This document shows positions 36,831 to 45,960 of a DNA stretch of 64,000 nt, in pieces. The notes below the pieces were generated by a model, which did no database searches, was not told where the DNA came from, and was given only the letters and a program-made list of their open reading frames with translations. Origin of the DNA: Haliotis cracherodii (Eukaryota); the NCBI RefSeq assembly GCF_022045235.1, contig NW_027266277.1, positions 5,456,001 to 5,520,000 on the forward strand. The letters are read 5' to 3'. Position 1 is the stretch's first letter; the number at the start of each line of letters is the position of its first letter. The translations under genes were made by a program, and so were the position numbers.

Positions 36831-38988
36831 ATGGATCAGCTGATTATTGTGGCCTTGTTGATCCTCCCTGTGATGGGGAGGGAGGCACCAGTGATAAATG
36901 CAACCTGGGGACGTATACAGGGCGTCACGAGAACCAGTAGAGACGGACTACCTTACTTTGGCTACTACGGAATCCCGTACGCGACACCTCCAGTGGGAGA
37001 TTTCAGATTCAGAAAACCCAAAGCACATCCAGGAGTTTCTGACATATTTAATGCTTCCAGCTATGGACTGCCATGTCTTCAGCAATCACCAATGCTCCCT
37101 CTGAACATCTCCTTTCCAGCCATGAGTGAAGACTGTCTCACCCTGAATGTGTTTCTGCCCAACACAACTGAGGTATCGTCCAGCGTGCCTGTGATGGTCT
37201 GGATCCACGGGGGAGGGTTTGTGTATGGAGCCGCTTCTTTGTACGAGCCTTGGCAATTGGTGACAAAAGGTGACGTCATCGTCGTCACCATCCAGTACAG
37301 GCTGGGGATATTCGGATTTTTCAGTACCGAAAATGACGTCGCACCTGGTAACTACGGATTATGGGATCAGCACCTGGCACTCCAGTGGGTCAAGGACAAT
37401 ATTGAAGCGTTTGGTGGTGACAGTAGCAACATCACCATCATTGGAGAATCTGCAGGGGCGGCGAGTGTCGCGTATCACGTGCTGTACCCTGAGTCAAAGG
37501 GGTTGTTCCAGAGAGCAGTTCTACAGAGTGGAGCTGCCACGTCTCTCTGGGCGATCAACAGACATGTCACGTTTTTGTCAATGTTTGTTGGAAGCAGTTT
37601 AGGTTGCCTCGGTGATGGCCCTGATATAATGAGTAGACAACAAGCAATGGTAGACTGTATGAGGAAGAACGATAGTATGAGAGTGTTAGCCTTTTCGTAT
37701 GTTGGAGGGACACCAGCCTACGAGCTAATGCAGTACACGTGGGTCCCGACCATTGATGGAACCTTTGTCAAAGACGATCCACAGGTATTAATGAGAGACA
37801 TCACTTTCTTAAATACCACATGTATCAAGGACATCGACGTAATGGTAGGGGCTAACAACAACGAAGGGGGACTTCTGCTGACGACAGCTCTAGCATTCGA
37901 CAAGGCGTATGGCTACACATACGCAACCGATATCTTCAAGCAGAAGGAGTTTGATACAGATATTCTTCCAACAGTTACATCATTGGCATTAGCAGCTTTC
38001 CCTCCATCCATCAATGATATCGTCAGTGTGGAGTACACATACCCGCGACCACCATCTGACGAGCCCCTGCCTCAACAACAAGTGCTTTCAACCTACGGTG
38101 ACCCCAGCTTTCTGATACCGGGACTGCTCTTTGCCAGGACGCACGCATTGTTTAACACCAGCAGGAGTTGTTATTTCTACCTGTTTAATCACTACCCATC
38201 TTTCGCCAGAGAGAGCCCTGTGAAAGGTATGAGCCATGGAACGGACACCTTGTATCTGTTTGACCTGGACCCGTCCACAGTCAAGATACTTGGCTACACA
38301 GGGAACCTGACGTCAGAGGAGTATGAGCTGGCAGATACATTTGTCTCTTTCATTGCTGACTTTGCCAAGACAGGGTACGTAACTGGCCTTATGATGATGT
38401 CATGGTTTCATTTCCATAATCATCATGTAGGATATGTCATCAGCCGACACTTATTAAGTAAAACATGAACTGTTTTTTCCATCACAATGGAATAACAAAT
38501 GACCTTGTACTTATAAATACCGCAGTATTTTTACATTCCCTCAATTGCGAGGAATTAACAGTCCTTTATTCATCTGTATTTCAAAGTATTGACTTTATTT
38601 TCACAGTGACCCCAGTCCTACCTTTGAAGAAAAGCTTGGGCAGGCATGGCCCGAGTACAAGATGTACGACCAGCGTTATCTGTCCTTCACAACAAACATG
38701 TCAGTAGGTGACCACGTGTACCCCAGGCGAGTGACCCTGTGGCTGGACATCATCCCGAACCTCGTGAACATCCCGACTACATCTACAGCTTCCACGTCAT
38801 CTACATCCACTACAACAGCATCTACATCTGCCCCTACATGGTTCGGGCTAGACCCTCACACGGCCGAAGTGACTATCCTGGCCCTCATCGTAACTCTGTG
38901 TGTCGTCGGCATGTTGCTGGTTACATTAGCAGTGTGCTGCTGTTTGAAGCGGAGGAAACACGGAGTGGAAGGATATACAGTAACATGA
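36831..38988 (+). CDS. Type-I membrane-anchored type-B carboxylesterase (CES-D), about 641 aa, near-identical paralogue of CES-C
   Basis: Exon 1 is 36831-38374 and exon 2 is 38607-38988 (1926 nt). Intact triad motifs, stalk and TM as in CES-C. Confidence 0.93.
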
Positions 38989-40407
38989 GACCAACAGATC
39001 TCAGGGGTATTTATAATTGAGCTTCAAGTTTTTATCACAGCCAAATAATCAGTTGACGATCATGCTTATGGTGATAATAATGCACTCCATCACCTATATA
39101 TCCCACTGAGCTATGCTACCCCAGATGAAAGTACACGATTTTGTGTACATCAAATTGATTTCTTTAATCACATACCAACAGAATAAAAACTCATATTAGT
39201 GAAAAACTTAATATATTTGTCGAAAACCTCAAGCACCACTGGGTCTAAAGATGTAAGGATCGACAACAGAATGATAGGCATTGCTTCCATGCATCAGTAG
39301 CTGTGACATCCCAGATACAGTCGTCGGTTGCAGCATCAGGTGAGACATCGGATGGACCATATGGGAGCCTATTGAATGACTCGAAGTTCGTTGTATTGTT
39401 CTTTGGGTTTGGGGGGGGGGGGGGGGGGGGGGGTATTTGAAGAGAATGCGCAGTTAATTTCCATCTCTACGTAAGCTATAGCTCAGGGCCTGTTTTCGGA
39501 AGGTTCGAGATAATCAGCAAGAATAATACCGGCATGTCATCGGTAGACAACTTTGTAAAATCATACGGTAATCAGAAGATTAACGAATAAACTTAATCGT
39601 CCCCTTGATGTGGATTTACCGTTATCTGGGGAGAGTGACAACCGTTCTGGGTACAACGTTTGCCAGGGCGCTGTGTCCATTGATGATGCGACTGAGGTGA
39701 TCACAGAATGTTTCCAACGGTGCAAGTCAACCTCACCGGCGAACTTCCTCAAAGACATGGGGATCATAGTCGTCACTCATGTTGACAAATACTTGAATAT
39801 ATCGACCTGTTTGTGTACCTCAATGCTTTTCTTTATCGGGAACGTGTTGTGGTTGAATTTCTGAAGCTCCATACGCACTCTTTATGTCCCACTGTAGCGT
39901 ATCTACATTTTCTTATAATACATACCCTTGACACATTTGTATTTTTCACTGTGGAATGTCGTGAAACAGGCATCTCTCTGTTTAAGAGTTCGGAATAGTG
40001 TTGGATTCTGGCAGGAATTTGGGTTTTAGGTAAGTATCCCATCCGCAAGTCAGGATGTAAAATGCCTCGAATCGCCGTCCTGGTGTTTTTGTATAGGTAC
40101 AGGCAGCCTTCTAGAAACTGCCCCATCCCGAAACTTCTAGAACGTCAAGAAGTCAAGCATACACGGTATAATATTCATTAAATATTCCTTCGCTGACAAA
40201 GTTATCTATCACGAGGTACAATCTTGTCATGCAGTCCTTCAGCTACATATACTGCACAGTAAACAAGACTGTGAGGTGCATACACAATAAAGATTCAAGG
40301 ACTGAAAACAACCTCACATAATTGACAATTTGAAATGATCCATCTTCACTCATCAATCGATCATTAATAAAATCTACTGCATGCCCTCTTTTCACAAATG
40401 CGTATAT

Positions 40408-40700
40408 CGATGTTCACGAGGTCAATCATTGGAGTGTCTGGTCCAGACTCGATTATTAACTGACCTCCGTCATGAGTGAGCGAGTGAGTGAGTGAGGTTT
40501 TACGCCGCTTTTAGCAATATTCCAGCAATATCACGGCGGGGGACACCAGAAATGGGCTTCACACATTGTACCCATGTCGGGAATCGAACCCGGGTCTTCG
40601 GCGTGACGAGCTAACGCTTTAACCACTAGGCTACCCGACCGCCCCTCCTCCGTCATGAAGCTGGAATATTGCTAAGTGTGACTTAAACAACAAACAAACA
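40408..40700 (+). mobile_element. 3' part of a HaSE3-like SINE interrupted by a nested SINE
   Basis: CGATGTTCAC..TCTGGTCCAGACTCGATTATT..CCGTCAT|AGCTGGAATATTGCT..AAACAACAAACAAAC matches the family at 25754/30033 in the opposite orientation. Confidence 0.7.
40476..40646 (-). mobile_element. tRNA-derived SINE (HaSE1-like), full length, 12-bp TSD
   Basis: Minus strand GGGGCGGTCGGGTAGCCTAGTGGTTAAAGCG (A box)..GGTTCGATTCCC (B box)..(ACTC)n tail. TSD CCTCCGTCATGA at 40464-40475 and 40647-40658. Confidence 0.9.
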
Positions 40701-41526
40701 TCATGGTTCGACCTTTATAGTCTTTTCAGAACACCAGTGCAAAAATATAGAGAGTACCAATCACTTTCAAGCTACTCACTTTAACCATTTCACACAAAAG
40801 ATTTAGCATCTACATACCATAGTTATTGTCGCCATTTGAATCTGTTGAAAATGATCCACAGATGATGCTGGAGTAGCTGGTAGTTTGGAGAAAACATTGA
40901 ACATTTCAAAATGTACACGTGTTATCTTGATGAACAATATGCATTCGAATGAAGTCAGTGGAGCAACAGGGGTTGTTGACTCCGTAGATTTGTTCATGTA
41001 CATTATGATCAAATGTATAATAAAGTGCAAAGACCATGTTATCATATCACTTGATGACATGCATTCGCCTTTATTCTTGGCTGTTTCCGTGCATTTTCCA
41101 CATGTTTATTTTTGTGCCAGGAACTGCTGCCATTTCATACGATTTACTTTCCTTAAACTACAGCTATCATATGCAACTGGGGCTTATAATAAATATTGTT
41201 TATTATTTATGCAAGCCTTGTCTTATTTGTGGTAAATATAATCATTCAGCTTCATGCCTTTTGTTTCTGCCATGCAGAAGCTCCGTGTCTCAGGTACATT
41301 TTCTCCCGTTAACTTTGCCCTGCATTAAATAGTAACGTCATAATTATGCATTTCTGTGTCATCACATATGGTGGGGAATTTTGACGATCTGCGTCAATGT
41401 GTTCTTGTAATCCCAAAGGTTAATCTATCTGCATATTGTTATGAGGACGCCATTTTAATTTGTCTGGGAATGACTTGGGACGTTGCTCGTTATATCCAGC
41501 ACTGGTGTGTCCTGTCTAGACTCGAT

Positions 41527-41682
41527 TACAGTCAAACACCTTTGTGTCTAAATTACAGTTGTCTCGAAGTTAAAGTTTGGTCCCTACGAATTCCTTCTTT
41601 ATTCATCATTTTCGGGTGTGCTGAATCTCGGATAACTCGAAGTATTTACGTGTCAACATCAACACAACGGTGTTCGACTGTA
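41527..41682. mobile_element. Tigger/pogo-like MITE with TA TSD, inserted in a SINE remnant
   Basis: TA-CAGTCAAACACC ... GGTGTTCGACTG-TA. A matching terminus GGGTTCGACTGTA also occurs at about 57271. Confidence 0.65.
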
Positions 41683-42753
41683 TGTGCAGGCCTCAGTATA
41701 GAACAACAAACATAATAAATAAAACTTTCATAATCTTGTTGACACACGTTAACCTCTCGTTGTACATGATGTTGCCTCTTGAATGTCTCTTACAGAGGAG
41801 GGAGAACCAACCCGTCGTTCTTACAAGCCTGACTTGATAGTCGCCCTGGCCCAGATCATTGGTGACATGAGGATGAAGTGAGGGTCATGATTGTTATTTC
41901 ATACAAATAACAAGAAGTGCCTCATTGTCAGTCCTAGAGAAGTTTTGAAGTTAAAAACTGTATGTGATTATAAATTTGAGGACGACGAGTGGAAGTTGTT
42001 TATCGCACCATACAACACAGCATCTCAGGGTTTATTCTCCCTGCAGTGTTTTATTGTACGATCAACAACTCGTCGTTTATTTCTTTAATGAGATATAAAC
42101 ATTAGGTACAGGCTGTTTAAGGATGTTAGGAAAACGTACACGGTTGAAACATATTTGCCCGTATTTAAATAATGATGACGATAATGTGACGACACCTCAC
42201 CTATGCAGGCATTCTCAAGGCGCCCAGGACTTCGGTCTCTTGAAACAATTACTGTTCCTGGGTTGGCCAGGTGGATCCCCGTGTAGACATGGGCTAAATC
42301 AAGACCTGCTGGGATGCTCGTTAACTCTGTGACATCACTGACATTGACACCTGAGCTGGATATACTGCTAGAAGAGTTGCCCAGCGCAGGAATGTTCGCT
42401 CACTCTTGTACGACATGTTTTGTGATATGCACGTATCCATTTTACCAAATTCCTACAGCTACTCCCCACTCTTTTATCGACTCTTTCATTCCACCTACGG
42501 TCAAAATCATTTGACATACATAAAACTTTTAGTGGTTTTAATTACCTTCATAAATATTCAGTGCATTTGCCTATGCTTGGATACTTTACTGTACTTCAAT
42601 TTACCGTTCGACCACAATATCCACGTTAATTATATCAGAGATTCTATCATGAATGGGCCATCAGAGAATTTTTACAAGGATAGTCTCTAAGGTTTCAAAG
42701 GGAAATGCTAGTTTTAGTTCCACAATATCCACGGCTGCCGGCGATATGTTCAT

Positions 42754-44913
42754 TCAGTAGAGAGAGAAGCTCTGTTGGTCGTGAGAGGAACGACTCTTGA
42801 TGCAAAAGCACGTTACAGTTACAACCAGCACAGGGGTCAACGCGCCGGGTGAGGAGCCCATCACTATGACTGCAACTCTTGAGTTGTCAGGGCACCCTGG
42901 TGACGGTGGTGACGATGTTGGGGCGGATGAATGCGTTGTTGGTTGCAAAACTGGCGATGGCCCTTCATTCAGCCTTGGGACAAGATCAAGCCAAAGCGAG
43001 GCTCTTTTGGAGTAAAGGTGACGTCCGATTGACATATTGACGTTGAAAGACAGATATTATTCATTTGAGACGTCAAACTCAGGCCATGGCATAGCTAACT
43101 GTGTCTCCAGCACTGAATTGGGATCACTGAAACAAAAACAACTTTAAGTAAGAGAGTAATTATTCACTGCACAAATATACAAACATGTCACAAATAATGA
43201 TTAAAGAGGTTTGTTTCATTATCAGCCACCACAAAACATGGTGTATTCTTTTATTGCCCGGGAGGTTAGCTAGATAGATACATTCTATAATTCCCGGATT
43301 CTGTATCTTACATGCCTATCTGAATTATTTAGGAAGTGTATACAAACAAATACACATCTCAAGCAATAATCATTTCAGGACAATAGCAAAGCTGCACACA
43401 CTCACCCCGATTTTGCAAAGGCCCCGATGAATGCTGTGAAGTTGTCCGCCAGCTGATACTCCTCACTGGTGATGTTTGTATTGTTTGGGTCCAGCTGACC
43501 AAACAGATACCGGATGTCCATACCGTGCACCATCCCTTTCACTGGAGAGTCTCTTGTGAACGACGGGTAATGGTCAAATAAATACAAGTAGGTTTTCTTG
43601 TCTGCCTTGAATATGTAATGAACTCTGGAAAACAATATGGCTGGCACGTAAAATGCCGGATCTCCGTAGGTCTCGAAGACCTGGTACTGTGGTAGACTCA
43701 TAGTAGCATTAGGGCGTGGATAGGTGTATGTAAATCCAATGACATCATCGACGTGTGGGCCGTGATGTCCTAACGTCAGATTAGTTACCATTGGCAGGAC
43801 GTCTGTGTCGTATGGCGCTGGTTGGAATAGCTGTTTGACATATGTTGTGTTCAGTAACCTGTCAAACATAACAGCAACATCATACAGGATCCCCCCTTCG
43901 TTGTTATTGACGCCTACTAGGACGTCAACGTCTTTCAGGACGGTACTGGACAGAAACGTGTGGTTCAACATGAGTTTCGCTGGTTCATCATGTATAAACT
44001 TTCCATCCTTTGTTGGCAGCCATGACAGGACCAACAGGTTATGGGCCATTGAACCGTTTATCACAGAAGAACGAAGAAGTTTGTCCACGGATTGTGTTCG
44101 CAAACATTTCATTATGTTGCTCGGCTTAGCAAAGGAATCGGTCATACAACCAGCAGCCTTGGCGACAAGCATCAGCGTCGCCATTGGGTTTCTTTTGTAC
44201 GCCCAGACAGGCGTGGCAGCTCCACTCTGTAGAACTGCTCTCTGGAACAGTCCCCCTGACTCTGGGTACAGCACGTGATACGCGACACTCGCCGCCCCTG
44301 CAGATTCTCCAATGATAGTGATGTTGCTACTGTCACCACCAAAAGCTTCAATATTGTTCTTGACCCACTGGAGTGCCAGGTGCTGATCCCATAATCCGTA
44401 GTTACCAGGTGCGACGTCATTTCCGGTACTGATGAACCCGAATATTCCCAGCCTGTACTGGATGGTGACGACGATGACCCCGGTCTCAGTCACCAGTTTC
44501 CATGGCTCATACTCTACAGCAGCGCCAGACATAAACCCTCCTCCGTGTATCCACACCATCACAGGCGTTTGAGTCGACCACACAGTGGAATTGGGCAGGA
44601 ATACATTCAACGTGAGACAGTCCTCATCTGAGAGGTTTAAGTTCATATATTTGAATGATGGACACGCATAACCATACGCTGTTGCATTGAACACATCGTT
44701 TACTCCAGGGTGACGTTCCGGTTTGTTGAACCTCAGATTGCCTGTTGGGGGTTTCGCGTATGGTATTCCATAGTAACCAAAGTACGGAAGTCCATCTTTG
44801 CTAACTTTATCCACACCTTGTATCTGTCCCCACGTAGCGTTGACCTCTGGCGCGGACAGCACAGACCACGGGACGCAGCCTAGAACCAGAAGCCAGAGAA
44901 CTGAGAGTCTCAT
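42754..44913 (-). CDS. Type-B carboxylesterase (CES-E); intact exon 1, premature TAA in exon 2 (truncated allele or young pseudogene)
   Basis: Exon 1 is 44913-43406 and exon 2 is 43126-42754 (1881 nt in frame). Signal peptide MRLSVLWLLVLGCVPWSVLS; WIHGGGF, GESAG, NNNEG, VHGMD. In-frame TAA at 43059-43057 (PWPEFDVSNE*YLSF). A probable 5'UTR acceptor TTTTCCAG lies just upstream of 44921. Confidence 0.85.
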
Positions 44914-45559
44914 TGTGGAACCTGGAAAACTGTTGACTAAAACTTGTACGCTGTCCTCACACACGTCCTCACACACGTCCTCACACACGTCAATCTAATT
45001 TGTGAAACATTTTGCGTTAAACATTACAAAAGACCTGAATGTAGAATCCGTAAGCGGTAGGTGTGGATAACAGCGGTCTATACCTTTCACGTATCGCTAG
45101 TGCAATGTACTTGGCGCACCTACAACCATGTGACGGTTATCAGAAATGTGATACAGCTTGCTCGGAGGTATTGTCTTACTGAAATGATTGTGGCTGAGGT
45201 CACCTTATATACTGCTATAGTATCTATACACAACACTTATAAAGAGAACTGAAGGCGTTTGTGAAGAAAAAATACAAAATATTACTGCAATGTGAGTGTC
45301 TAAAGAATATCATATTAGGCATCAGTTTAGTTCTTAGTACATACGACGATATCGTTTATCAGTAGATAATATAAGGCCAAGACAAATTGATTGCTTGATC
45401 GTTTAAACTGTTACTTTTCTTTAAATACAAATATCTTAGTATTGTTCTTTATGAGATTCGTTGATCTACAAAACTACCTCAGTTGGAAGGAATCCACTGA
45501 ATGAAGGTCGAAGGAATCTACTCAACCAATGGGGAAGGAATCCACTGAAACAAGGTGAG

Positions 45560-45960
45560 TGCATCACTCCGTTTCTAGCTGATTTAAATAAAGGGCATTC
45601 AATGAACAAATGATATGAATTTTCACATGGGCTATCATATCGGCATTTTGGATCCTCGTTTAAACCCTTTCTAAATAAGTCAATTTTTAATTCATTGCCA
45701 TCATATCTTAATTGTGTATGCATTATGTAAGACCATAGGAGAAATATGATGGATCTGTAGATTTATCTATTCTTAAACTGGATTTAAATCGAGAGAAGGT
45801 TTCAATATGCCTTTGCTGTATGGGTGATGTATTCCACAATTTGATAGCGGATGGTATAAACGAGGATTCAGGTAACTTACTACTAATAAAGGCATAGTTA
45901 TATTGTGAGCGGTTCTGGTTGTATGTTACGTTTGTCCCGACAGAGTGAGGTACTAGATCA
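45560..45960 (-). mobile_element. CR1-group LINE 3' ORF2 remnant
   Basis: Minus-strand SSFIPSAIKLWN..FSRFKSSL..HTQLR..DLF..PKC..EN..HLFIECPLF. Confidence 0.7.

Noticed and set aside
40560-40646. tRNA gene
   Set aside because: It is the tRNA-derived head of a SINE, with body, (ACTC)n tail and 12-bp TSD.
5383-44420. Antisense and off-frame ORFs overlapping the esterase exons, repeated between copies
   Set aside because: They are shadows of the coding strand, and recur only because of paralogue identity.
12502-44913. Calling the esterases acetylcholinesterase or neuroligin
   Set aside because: They lack the choline-binding Trp motif (xxMWNPN) of AChE and keep the catalytic Ser that neuroligins lack, so no gene symbol was assigned.
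44914-44988. N-terminal extension MCEDVCEDVCED of CES-E
   Set aside because: It derives from a 12-bp triple repeat upstream of a likely splice acceptor. The signal peptide starts at ATG 44913.
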